IMG/VR virus record: IMGVR_UViG_3300045988_166693 | Span: 51,420 to 115,419 of that record | Strand: one strand, 5' to 3' | From: a virus | Length of the DNA stretch: 64,000 bases | Part shown: in pieces, positions 37,582 to 45,733 of the stretch | Position numbering within the stretch: position 1 is the first letter of the stretch | Layout of the letters: every line of letters starts with the position of its first letter | Made by a program: the position numbers and the translations under genes | The notes under the pieces: generated by a model | Seen by the model: the letters and a program-made list of their open reading frames with translations, nothing else | The model's database searches: none | Told to the model about the DNA's origin: nothing

Positions 37582-38118
37582 TCATTTCATCCGGAATTTA
37601 TAATCACTTCGTTTAAACTCGTCCTGGAAAGAAACCAGTACGCCGTTTTCGATGAAGTCCTGATAATAGGACGACACGAGCACTTCCAGTCGCCGGAGCT
37701 GGTGACGCACCTCCATGGCGATGACGGGTCGTGACTGGCGGTCGCCTTCTTCCTTCCATATCTGATAAAGCTGGTTGAAACGGGCATCCTTGCTGCGTTC
37801 CACATCTTCGATGGGCTGTCCGGCACCGACACCCATATCCACGAAATACAGGTAATAGTTGAAGAAGAAGGAAATCTTTTTTGTGTCACCTCCGGCCCCG
37901 TTGAACACCTTGGCATACATGCGCCGGTAAGCCTGCCCGGTACTCCGTTTGGCTGCCGGTGTATTGCGGTACCCGATGTACGGACCGGGGAATCCCCCCG
38001 GCCATACATGCTGTGTCTCGAAGTTGGTCTGAAGCTGCCGGATCATATTATTTGCCCAGCGTGTCAGGTCAAGAAACTCCTCTTTTACCGCCTGACTGAT
38101 GGTTTTCTGTTCTGACAT
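37582..38118 (-). CDS. hypothetical (virion-module-like) protein
   Basis: 178 aa and high GC. Confidence 0.5.
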   Translation of the reverse strand: MSEQKTISQAVKEEFLDLTRWANNMIRQLQTNFETQHVWPGGFPGPYIGYRNTPAAKRSTGQAYRRMYAKVFNGAGGDTKKISFFFNYYLYFVDMGVGAGQPIEDVERSKDARFNQLYQIWKEEGDRQSRPVIAMEVRHQLRRLEVLVSSYYQDFIENGVLVSFQDEFKRSDYKFRMK

Positions 38119-38260
38119 GGCTTATACATAGTTTAATGGATTTTCAAAAATATCTTTTATCATTTTCTGTTTGCATCCTTTGAACCATTTGAAAGGTTTT
38201 TTGCAGTAACTGATACCAATGGTTCCGGTTGTAGGACTCCTTTTTCATACATTTATACTT

Positions 38261-38770
38261 TTATGTAAAAGTTGTTTTTCTTTTAAACCAATAGGCTTTC
38301 CCTGCCTGATTCCCTTTTTGGAAACTTCCAGGATAACCTTTTTCCTTACTGACTGCATGGCCTATCAATAAACTTTCAAGAGATTGCTTCCTGGTGTATT
38401 CCTTGTCCTTTTTCAGTCCCAGTTCTTTTGCCTTCACTCTTAATTCCCATGCGGAGATGCCCATTATTTCTGTGATTTCCTTATTGGGAGTATTGGGAAA
38501 ATATGTCTTCAGAGCCTGGATCATTGCCGGACTCCAGAACAGTTTCACATTGAATTTTGTACGTTCAACGATCCGTCCGGTTTCTTTATTGAGAAAAACT
38601 CCGGTTTCCCTGGGGTGTTTCTTCCGGTAGCGTTCTCTTTCCTGATCTCTGGCGCATTCTTTGCAGATAGACATCGGCTTGCCATGACGCATTTTGAAAT
38701 CTTTCAGTAAAAATGTCCTGCCACATTTACTACATCGTTTTGTATTCTCTTTTTCGTGCTGTATTTCCAT
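38261..38770 (-). CDS. zinc-ribbon plus HTH protein
   Basis: CSKCGRTF...CKEC at the N-terminus, and NKEITEIMGISAWELRVKAKELG as the HTH. Confidence 0.5.
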   Translation of the reverse strand: MEIQHEKENTKRCSKCGRTFLLKDFKMRHGKPMSICKECARDQERERYRKKHPRETGVFLNKETGRIVERTKFNVKLFWSPAMIQALKTYFPNTPNKEITEIMGISAWELRVKAKELGLKKDKEYTRKQSLESLLIGHAVSKEKGYPGSFQKGNQAGKAYWFKRKTTFT

Positions 38771-38771
38771 A

Positions 38772-39410
38772 CTACAATGAATAAGCTATCTTAGACATAT
38801 TATCGTTTACTCTTTTATCAATTTCTTCATAAACTGAAAGATACATGTATTTCTTCCCATTATACTTATTCATTCTTCTGATGGAAGAATATAGCCCGTC
38901 AACATTTAAGTTCATTTTTCTTGCACATTCGGCCGCAGATAAAAAGACCTCTTTCGTTTCCAGGCAAATTACTTTTTTACCTAAAGGCTTTGAGGACTTT
39001 ATATGAGGGCCAAAGTTGCTGTCAGGATCATTGATAAGACGTAAACATTTCTCCCTTGATAATTTCCTTTGTTTTTCCTGTCTTTCTTTAGACCAGTTAT
39101 TAAAGCCTTTGCTCGCCTTATTCCCTTTGGCAAAACGTCCTGTATTTATGTCAATGTTAGGATTTCTTGTAAATTTCAGATCATCCAGCCGCTGTTCTTC
39201 ATATATTTTTCTGAAATCCTTTTCATAGTAAAACCTGAGACCTCTACATATAGCGCCACGTAAGCAGCTGTCAGTTATGGAATTTCTATCTACTTTACTG
39301 ATGCTGGCGGCCAGTTTTATAGATCCAAAAAATCCGGCAACGGTTCCATTTGGATTTACCGCAACTACCGGGCGATTGCTTCCGACTTTATATTGAGTAT
39401 TTGTAAGCAT
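38772..39410 (-). CDS. NUMOD/IENR-like DNA-binding protein; its original first codons were displaced by the IS66 insertion
   Basis: VAGFFGSIKLAASISKVDRNSITDSC and KEVFLSAAECARKMNLNVDGLYSSIRR resemble homing-endonuclease-associated HTH modules. The present ATG (ATGCTTAC) lies inside the IS terminal repeat. The ancestral start ATGCCATTAAATACTC is at 42740..42725. Confidence 0.55.
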   Translation of the reverse strand: MLTNTQYKVGSNRPVVAVNPNGTVAGFFGSIKLAASISKVDRNSITDSCLRGAICRGLRFYYEKDFRKIYEEQRLDDLKFTRNPNIDINTGRFAKGNKASKGFNNWSKERQEKQRKLSREKCLRLINDPDSNFGPHIKSSKPLGKKVICLETKEVFLSAAECARKMNLNVDGLYSSIRRMNKYNGKKYMYLSVYEEIDKRVNDNMSKIAYSL

Positions 39411-39506
39411 CCGATTTCCTCATCTTTATTAAACATTTTATCCATAATATCTTTGTCCTTCACAAAAGTATAGGAAATAATTAAATATTGGAAGGATAAA
39501 AAATTT

Positions 39507-39968
39507 ATGGCATTATCACACTCAGAAGCTCAGGTTCTTTATGCACGATATTTGAAGAGTGGAATGACACTTGAAAAGTTTTGCAAACTTCACCAAGTTC
39601 CTTATTGGGATTTTTCTGACTGGATTAACCAATGGGAAAAATTATATGGAGCAAAGTACGTTGAGAATTCTACGACAATCCAGTATAAGCAAGAAAGGAA
39701 ACTTTTTTCAAGTGAAAATCCGTCTTTTTCTTCAAATGCTCAAAAAATATTTCCAATAGAATTTGTAGAAAACAACTCACCTCTACATTTCCCTAATGAA
39801 CATCCTAGTTTCAATGTTGACCTGGAACTCCCTAAACCTGGAACTATTATAAAAGGTGCCAAACTTACTTTCCCAAGTGGTATGACTGTTAATATACCGC
39901 GCATTACAATCAAAGGATTAGTATTAATAGCGATTATGTATGAAGGAAACTGTACTGGGATTGAATAA
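39507..39968 (+). CDS. IS66 accessory protein (orf1, HTH)
   Basis: 153 aa, the first ORF of the IS. Confidence 0.55.
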   Translation: MALSHSEAQVLYARYLKSGMTLEKFCKLHQVPYWDFSDWINQWEKLYGAKYVENSTTIQYKQERKLFSSENPSFSSNAQKIFPIEFVENNSPLHFPNEHPSFNVDLELPKPGTIIKGAKLTFPSGMTVNIPRITIKGLVLIAIMYEGNCTGIE

Positions 39969-39972
39969 AGAT

Positions 39973-40260
39973 ATGAAATTCTATTTCTGTCCAGAATATG
40001 TAAACATGCAGAAGGGCATAGACAGTCTTTGTGGATTTATACGAAGTAATCTAATGCGTGATCCGTTTTCTAATGAGGTATTTATATTTATGGGAAGAAA
40101 TAAGAAGCAGATAAAGATATTAAGATGGGATGAAGATAAGTTTATACTTTATACAGTTAAGCTATATAATAAAAAAAGATTTACCCCTTATTATAATCCT
40201 AGAAAAAACAATTATTATTTAGAATGGAAACAAATTTGTAGCCTTTTATTTTCCATATAA
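39973..40260 (+). CDS. IS66 Orf2-like protein
   Basis: Trimmed to ATG 39973. VNMQKGIDSLCGFIRSNLMRDPFSNEVFIFMGRNKKQIKILRWDEDKFILYTVKL matches the IS66 Orf2 pattern (DMRKG.DGL...FvF.N....lKiL.Wd..Gf). Confidence 0.7.
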   Translation: MKFYFCPEYVNMQKGIDSLCGFIRSNLMRDPFSNEVFIFMGRNKKQIKILRWDEDKFILYTVKLYNKKRFTPYYNPRKNNYYLEWKQICSLLFSI

Positions 40261-40370
40261 GGCAATTTTTTGATTAAAAATTTCCTTATATGGAAATTTT
40301 TGGGTGTTTTAGTATGTATGTCAAATTTGTCTCATTTTGTGCATTAATATATAAAGTCTATTTTTAGTGC

Positions 40371-41927
40371 ATGAAAAGAAACCATTTAAACGATTTCCTT
40401 GTAGAACAAATAAAAAATAAAGACTCTCAAATTGAAGGTCTCAATCAACTTATTTCCAGCCTTATCGAAAAAATCGAATCACTGGAAAAGAATATCTGTT
40501 CGTATGAAAATCTTGTGAAAGAACTTCGTGATACTATAAATCTACTCAATAAGAGATTATATGGGTCAAAAAGCGAAAAATCTCACTCAGAGAACTCAGA
40601 AAGGAAGTATAATGGTGAAAAACTAAGTTCCAAGGGAACTTATCCTAAAGAAAAGATTGAAGAAAAACCGGATAAAAAGTCGAATCCTCGTAAAGCGTAT
40701 AAACGTCCAGAAAGACGTACATACGACGATATAGAAGAGAAAATAGAAATACTTGAACCGGATGCTGAAGAATTGATAGGAGCAAAATTTGTTCGCTCTG
40801 AAAAATCATTCCGCTTATATATGATTCCGGCGAAAATTGTAAAAGTAATCTATGACAGAAGGATTTATGCAAAAGACGGACATTTAATTATGCCTAAACT
40901 TCCTTATACTCCAGAAGAATTTTACAGAAGGCACGCAGATCCGTCATTGATGGCTGGTATCCTTACTAATAAATTTCTATATCATTTACCTATACATCGC
41001 CAGTTAAATATGTTTGTAAATGCCGGAGCTAAAATCGCGCGTTCAACTTTATATGACTGGTGTGGTACAGCTATTGATGCTCTTGAAGGACTTTATTATT
41101 CCATCATGTCAGAGGTGCTAAAAGGTAACTATTTGAATATAGACGAAACGACAATCTCTGTAATTGATGAAGATGTCCATCATGCAAAGAAAGAATATAT
41201 GTGGGGGCTTGTTAACACCAGAAGTAAATTGACTTTCTTTGCTTATGAAGATGGCTCTAGAAGCAGGAATGTAATCAGTAACATATTAGAAAGCTATATA
41301 GGTACAATTCAAACAGATGGATATTCGGCGTATAAGTCTATAGGAGAAAACGAAAATAATAAAATTCAAAGGTTATCTTGTCTTAGTCATATAAGAAGAA
41401 AGTTTTTGGAAAGTAGAGATAACGACAGAGAAAATTCAGAAAAGGCACTTGGAATTATAGATAAAATATATAGGCTTGAAAGATTTTTCAGAAAACAAAA
41501 ATTTCATCCTGATAAAATAAGAGAGTATAGAATTAGGTATGTAGTGCCGATATTTCATAAATTCAAGAATTGGCTTGAAAAAAGTATATCCAATCCTAAG
41601 ATTCTCGATGAAACTTTAATCGGGAAGGCCATATCGTATGCCTATCGTGAATTTAAGGCTCTTACGTTAATTTTTGATGATGGATTCTTTAAAGCTGATA
41701 ACAATGCAGCAGAAAGAGCTATGCGACCATGCAAACTCGGAATGAATAATTATCTTTTCTTCGGAAATCACGAGAGCGCAAGGAGAGGAGCTATTATTTA
41801 CACTATCATTGAAAGTTGTAAATTAAATGGCATAAATGTGTTCGAATATCTTACAGATGTTTTTAGCAGAGAACCCCAACCAGGAGAAACGTACGATATG
41901 TTTCTCCCGAACAGGTGGAATCAATAA
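40371..41927 (+). CDS. IS66-family DDE transposase
   Basis: 518 aa with an N-terminal coiled coil. It also has NIDETTISV, IQTDGYSAYK, LSCLSHIRRKF and NNAAERAMRP motifs, which are typical of IS66 TnpC. Confidence 0.8.
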   Translation: MKRNHLNDFLVEQIKNKDSQIEGLNQLISSLIEKIESLEKNICSYENLVKELRDTINLLNKRLYGSKSEKSHSENSERKYNGEKLSSKGTYPKEKIEEKPDKKSNPRKAYKRPERRTYDDIEEKIEILEPDAEELIGAKFVRSEKSFRLYMIPAKIVKVIYDRRIYAKDGHLIMPKLPYTPEEFYRRHADPSLMAGILTNKFLYHLPIHRQLNMFVNAGAKIARSTLYDWCGTAIDALEGLYYSIMSEVLKGNYLNIDETTISVIDEDVHHAKKEYMWGLVNTRSKLTFFAYEDGSRSRNVISNILESYIGTIQTDGYSAYKSIGENENNKIQRLSCLSHIRRKFLESRDNDRENSEKALGIIDKIYRLERFFRKQKFHPDKIREYRIRYVVPIFHKFKNWLEKSISNPKILDETLIGKAISYAYREFKALTLIFDDGFFKADNNAAERAMRPCKLGMNNYLFFGNHESARRGAIIYTIIESCKLNGINVFEYLTDVFSREPQPGETYDMFLPNRWNQ

Positions 41928-41931
41928 TTTT

Positions 41932-41967
41932 TGTCCTTCAATGATTTCTATATTCTTTTTACCTTTG
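41932..41967 (+). promoter_or_regulatory. late-type promoter architecture inside the IS (plus orientation)
   Basis: TTTTTGTCCTTCA, 19 nt, then TACCTTTG. The spacing is identical to the five minus-strand copies. Confidence 0.5.
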
Positions 41968-41990
41968 AATTATTCTTAATTATAAGTTAT

Positions 41991-42095
41991 ATGAAAAAAG
42001 GTAATATGATAGATATAAAAGAGTTCTTCACTCTTCTTTTAATAAGCGTTTTACTAGGTTCTTTGCTGGGTCAGATAGTAAAACTCCTAATATAA
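41991..42095 (+). CDS. candidate 34-aa hydrophobic peptide
   Basis: MKKGNMIDIKEFFTLLLISVLLGSLLGQIVKLLI starts 23 nt downstream of the promoter box. It overlaps the 3' end of 42028..42555 in antisense. Confidence 0.3.
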   Translation: MKKGNMIDIKEFFTLLLISVLLGSLLGQIVKLLI

Positions 42096-42555
42096 ATGCT
42101 CCTATAAAACAAAAAATATATTTGATTTTGTTATTCCCAGATGTAATATTTATAAAGAAAGAAATAACACCAACGACAGAAGCTATAGTAGCCGCAGTAG
42201 TGCTTCTTATCTTTAGTTTTGCAATTCTTTTATCGTCAATAACTTTCTGTCGCAAATCTTCAATATATCCTTTTATGCCATCAGTACTGCATGCAACCTC
42301 AATACCTTTATGGGTTAACGTTATATTATTACCTATTCTTTCAATCAATTGATACCTCTTAATTAATATTGTATCTAAAATAGTATATGACATCTTGCGA
42401 CTATACTGTTCTTTGTATATCTTTTCTAGATAATCATCTAAGGTTGATTCTCGAACATAATCGTCATTACGATGTATATAACTTAAAGCATCATTACATA
42501 TTTTTATTTTAAGGTCATCTAATAACATGTAAATAAAAATAGTTCGCATCTTCAT
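42028..42555 (-). CDS. winged-helix plus C-terminal two-helix membrane protein (IS passenger)
   Basis: 175 aa. YTILDTILIKRYQLIERIGNNITLTHKGIE looks like a wHTH. TTAATIASVVGVISFFI and YIFCFIGAFILGVLL look like transmembrane helices. Confidence 0.5.
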   Translation of the reverse strand: MKMRTIFIYMLLDDLKIKICNDALSYIHRNDDYVRESTLDDYLEKIYKEQYSRKMSYTILDTILIKRYQLIERIGNNITLTHKGIEVACSTDGIKGYIEDLRQKVIDDKRIAKLKIRSTTAATIASVVGVISFFINITSGNNKIKYIFCFIGAFILGVLLSDPAKNLVKRLLKEE

Positions 42556-42620
42556 ATCGTGCGCCCACAGAGAACCACTCTGAATCCGACTTTACGGATT
42601 ACACGATATGAAGATGCGAA
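42543..42620 (-). promoter_or_regulatory. three-way-junction structure enclosing the start codon of 42028..42555
   Basis: A 19-bp perfect stem (42543..42561 with 42602..42620) contains the ATG at 42555..42553. Two inner hairpins are CAGAG-AACCA-CTCTG and AATCCG-ACTTTA-CGGATT. Confidence 0.5.
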
Positions 42621-42814
42621 ATGTAGGTTCATAATGGGCAATACAAAGATACGAAAAAATCCCCAATAAAATGAGGTACTAAATTATATTTTGTATATTT
42701 ACACCCAATAGGCGGATGCTTACCGAGTATTTAATGGCATATTTTTATCGAATTAAACATAATTCCGTTTATGCGTAAATTTCCACCTGATAAAATTTGT
42801 GTGAATATTTGAAA

Positions 42815-44239
42815 TCAAAAAATAGATAATTGCGCATCTTCACATGACTTGTCGACGAACATTTTCTTGAAGATGTAATAAAGAACATCTACAACAATGC
42901 TGTTCCCGGCCATTTTATATTGCTGCGTCCTGCTGACTCCTGATTTCTGAATATTGTCTATATCTTTTTCGGAAACTCCCATAAGGCGGAAACATTCGCG
43001 AGGTGTGAGTTTTCGGATGCGGTAATTTGTTGTCAATCCATATATGGAGTTAGGTCGTGCTGAGATTAATGTGGAACCTATACTTTCATCAAAATCTGTC
43101 TGCAATTCCGATATTCCGCTTTTGGATTTATCTTTTACATACGGTCTTAAAGACAAGTCAGGATTTATTGTTACATCACAATCTTGCTTACGTGTCGCGT
43201 TGGCTATAATTTTTAATTTTTCGGCAGCTAATAAAATTTTTGGTTCAGCTACAAAGCAATCAGTATTTCCACCGCTTCCTGTACTTCCATGAATGGTATT
43301 AGCTATATCTGTAAGATGTCTTTTAACAACTTTACCTTTAGAATTTCTAGTATAACCTACACATTTAGGTTCAATAGAAAAAGGCTCCGAAATAAAACTC
43401 ATATTAGAAGTATCTACAGTCGTCTTAATTGTGCCACATATATCAGATACCTTTTGATTATATAACTCAGGAATAATAATTTCCTTTATGAAGTTATCAC
43501 ATGGCCTGTCATTAGGATGAGTCAAAATACTTGTTGCTATACCTTCTCCCATTGTAGGATTAAACTTAAATCCATTTCCTCTCTCCTTATTTTTCTCATT
43601 ACGCTGAATAAAAGTATTTACAACCTTTTCACTCAGGTAAAAATTTTCATCTACATCTTTTTCAAGAACATCTTTCAATCTTTTTTCAAGGGTAAAAGGC
43701 TTTGGAAAATGAAAAGAAACCTCTCCCAATATCGACACCATAAAGACACGTTCCCTGTTTTGCGGTACTCCGAAGTCCTTTGCGTTGAGAACTTTCGTAT
43801 AATTGCTGTAGCCCTGCCCTTCAAGAAATCTGATCCATTCTTTCAGGTACGGGGTAAACTTCTTCGATACGAGGTTCTTCACGTTCTCCATGAGAAGATA
43901 TTTCGGACGCTTTGCCTCTATTGCCTTACGGCATTCCCATAGCAGACTGCTTCGTGTTCCGCTACCCTCTGCAAGTCCTTTCTGCTGTCCGGCTGTACTT
44001 ATGTCGGTACAAGGGAATGAGTATGTCAGAAAATCGAAGTCAGGAACACTGCTCCAGTCTATCTTTGATATGTCGCCATAATTAGGAGTGTCTCCATGTA
44101 CGGCCATATATGCCTGAATGGCGTACTTGTCAATTTCACTTATTCCAATCACCTCAAAGTCTATGCCCAGTCTGCGTAAAGCCATAGACTGCGAACCATA
44201 TCCTGCAAATGCTTCAAAGACTCGTATTTTATTCTTCAT
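42815..44239 (-). CDS. DNA (cytosine-5) methyltransferase
   Basis: FEAFAGYGSQ (motif I), FPCTDIS (IV), ENVKNL (VI), QNRERVF (VIII) and GNSIVV (X), with a long variable target-recognition region. Confidence 0.85.
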   Translation of the reverse strand: MKNKIRVFEAFAGYGSQSMALRRLGIDFEVIGISEIDKYAIQAYMAVHGDTPNYGDISKIDWSSVPDFDFLTYSFPCTDISTAGQQKGLAEGSGTRSSLLWECRKAIEAKRPKYLLMENVKNLVSKKFTPYLKEWIRFLEGQGYSNYTKVLNAKDFGVPQNRERVFMVSILGEVSFHFPKPFTLEKRLKDVLEKDVDENFYLSEKVVNTFIQRNEKNKERGNGFKFNPTMGEGIATSILTHPNDRPCDNFIKEIIIPELYNQKVSDICGTIKTTVDTSNMSFISEPFSIEPKCVGYTRNSKGKVVKRHLTDIANTIHGSTGSGGNTDCFVAEPKILLAAEKLKIIANATRKQDCDVTINPDLSLRPYVKDKSKSGISELQTDFDESIGSTLISARPNSIYGLTTNYRIRKLTPRECFRLMGVSEKDIDNIQKSGVSRTQQYKMAGNSIVVDVLYYIFKKMFVDKSCEDAQLSIF

Positions 44240-44254
44240 CCTTATTGTGTTTGG

Positions 44255-44506
44255 TTATTTGTAAAACTTAAAATGTGAGTGTGTACCCTTCGGACGCACA
44301 TTCCGGTTAAACTTTGTATGGTACTTCTTACCGTCCTTCCGGGGAACGTGACGGTTCTGACCGACAATACTGAAATAAAACGGCACATGGCGTGAGGTGT
44401 GGCGGAGAGTTTGGGCTAGTTTTTCATACGCTTCTGTAGAGCCAAAAACAGAATATGGATTTTGATATATAGTATGACTATAAAATGTTTTATCTGTGTA
44501 CATCAT
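44255..44506 (-). CDS. small basic protein
   Basis: 83 aa, rich in His, Lys and Arg. Confidence 0.4.
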   Translation of the reverse strand: MMYTDKTFYSHTIYQNPYSVFGSTEAYEKLAQTLRHTSRHVPFYFSIVGQNRHVPRKDGKKYHTKFNRNVRPKGTHSHFKFYK

Positions 44507-44509
44507 AAA

Positions 44510-44785
44510 CTATTCCGTTATTTCACCTTTCAACCGCTTAATGGCAAGGTTTCTTGCCTTGATGGTTCCTTCCTGCTCGCGTACTTTTGTTTGGAGCGAT
44601 GAAACCCGGCGTTGCAATTTCTCCACCGTGGGCGTGTTGTTCCGCTCATAGTTCAATTCTGCCTGAAGCTTTTCCACCTTCTTCTCCAGTTCCGCCGTGC
44701 GTGCCTGTTCGCGCCGGTAGTCCCGGCAGAGGTACTTAAAAAGTATCTCTACCGGAATGTCCAGTGCCTTATTCCACTTTTCCAT
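44510..44785 (-). CDS. coiled-coil protein
   Basis: 91 aa. Confidence 0.45.
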   Translation of the reverse strand: MEKWNKALDIPVEILFKYLCRDYRREQARTAELEKKVEKLQAELNYERNNTPTVEKLQRRVSSLQTKVREQEGTIKARNLAIKRLKGEITE

Positions 44786-45500
44786 CGTCTTCTTTCTTTT
44801 TGATGTACCAGTCGAACTCTTCCAGCGGTTTGTCTACCACAGAAATGTAATCTTTCTCCCGTTTCAGCACCCCTTTGTTGATAAGCTGCCGAATAAGCTT
44901 CAGTCCGCTTCCGTAACCGTAATGAGCATTCAGCACATCTATCGGAGCTGTCCCGATACATTTCCTTCCGTTCTTTTCAGTAAATCCTAAGTTGTGGCAT
45001 ACACGAGCGGCCGCAGACAATTTCTCATAGTCGTATTCCTCAAACTCGGGCTGTACTTCAGCTTCGGCCTGATACGGATATACGTCCATGATGGCGGTCT
45101 CTGCGATGGATGCAATGACGTAATCGGCCATAGTACCTTTCATGCCTTCGTCCAGCTTCTTCACCGCATCGCGAAGGTCGGCAGCCTGTACCAGAATGTT
45201 GGTGGCTGTCTTCTTCTCCGCTCCGCTTTTCTCGTCGAGGGTGATAAAGTACAGCTTGCATTTGTACCATGTTCCGGCTCCTTCCTCGTCGGACGGGAAT
45301 ATCTCGCTATAGTTGGCCCGCTTGATGTCGGTCACTGTGAACTCTCCTGTAATAAAAGGGGTTACTTCCTCAATAAGCCGTGCTTCGGCTTCGGTGAAAC
45401 TCAGGGCATCTACCAGATAGGGCTCTGTCACTTTCTTGTTCATTCCGTTTTCCGCTACCTTTTCGTAGCGGATTTTCCCCTCAAACCATGTGTGCATCAT
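44769..45500 (-). CDS. DUF4494-like protein with C-terminal winged-helix-like extension
   Basis: The N-terminus WFEGKIRYEKVAENGMNKKVTEPYLVDALSFTEAEARLIEE fits my recollection of the Bacteroidota DUF4494 family. Confidence 0.45.
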   Translation of the reverse strand: MMHTWFEGKIRYEKVAENGMNKKVTEPYLVDALSFTEAEARLIEEVTPFITGEFTVTDIKRANYSEIFPSDEEGAGTWYKCKLYFITLDEKSGAEKKTATNILVQAADLRDAVKKLDEGMKGTMADYVIASIAETAIMDVYPYQAEAEVQPEFEEYDYEKLSAAARVCHNLGFTEKNGRKCIGTAPIDVLNAHYGYGSGLKLIRQLINKGVLKREKDYISVVDKPLEEFDWYIKKKEDDGKVE

Positions 45501-45727
45501 AATTTGTCCTCCCGTATTTTTTCGCGTTGGGCAATCATGGCATCGGCCATATCGTATGATATTTGAGCTATCATTTTAATATCGAATGATGTAACTGTAC
45601 GATAGTTCTTTCCAAAGAATCTCTTGATTCTATTCTTTAATGTAAGGTTCTCTGACACTGTTTTTTCCATGAGCACCTTCATAGCTTCCATAGCGATGTG
45701 GTCTCTGCTGATATTACTTCCTGCCAT
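45497..45727 (-). CDS. hypothetical protein
   Basis: 76 aa with an ATGA overlap. Confidence 0.45.
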   Translation of the reverse strand: MAGSNISRDHIAMEAMKVLMEKTVSENLTLKNRIKRFFGKNYRTVTSFDIKMIAQISYDMADAMIAQREKIREDKL

Positions 45728-45733
45728 AGTTAT

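Larger units (their letters stand above)
39403..42724 (+). mobile_element. IS66-family element with passenger region (about 3.3 kb)
   Basis: The terminal inverted repeat is GTAAGCATCCG (39403..39413) and CGGATGCTTAC (42713..42723). The 8-bp direct repeat GAGTATTT flanks it at 39395..39402 and 42725..42732. It has the three-ORF IS66 layout. Confidence 0.8.

Noticed and set aside
39454-41940. The direct repeat TTTGTCCTTCA (39452 and 41930) as the IS66 target duplication
   Set aside because: It is 11 bp and internal. The true ends are the GTAAGC-type inverted repeats with the 8-bp GAGTATTT duplication. The 11-mer is the upstream element of the promoter motif.
42543-42620. Three-way junction as a hammerhead or other small self-cleaving ribozyme, or as an invertible promoter switch
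   Set aside because: There is no CUGAUGA/GAAA core or other ribozyme signature on either strand. The 40-nt segment between the repeats is too short for known invertase switches.
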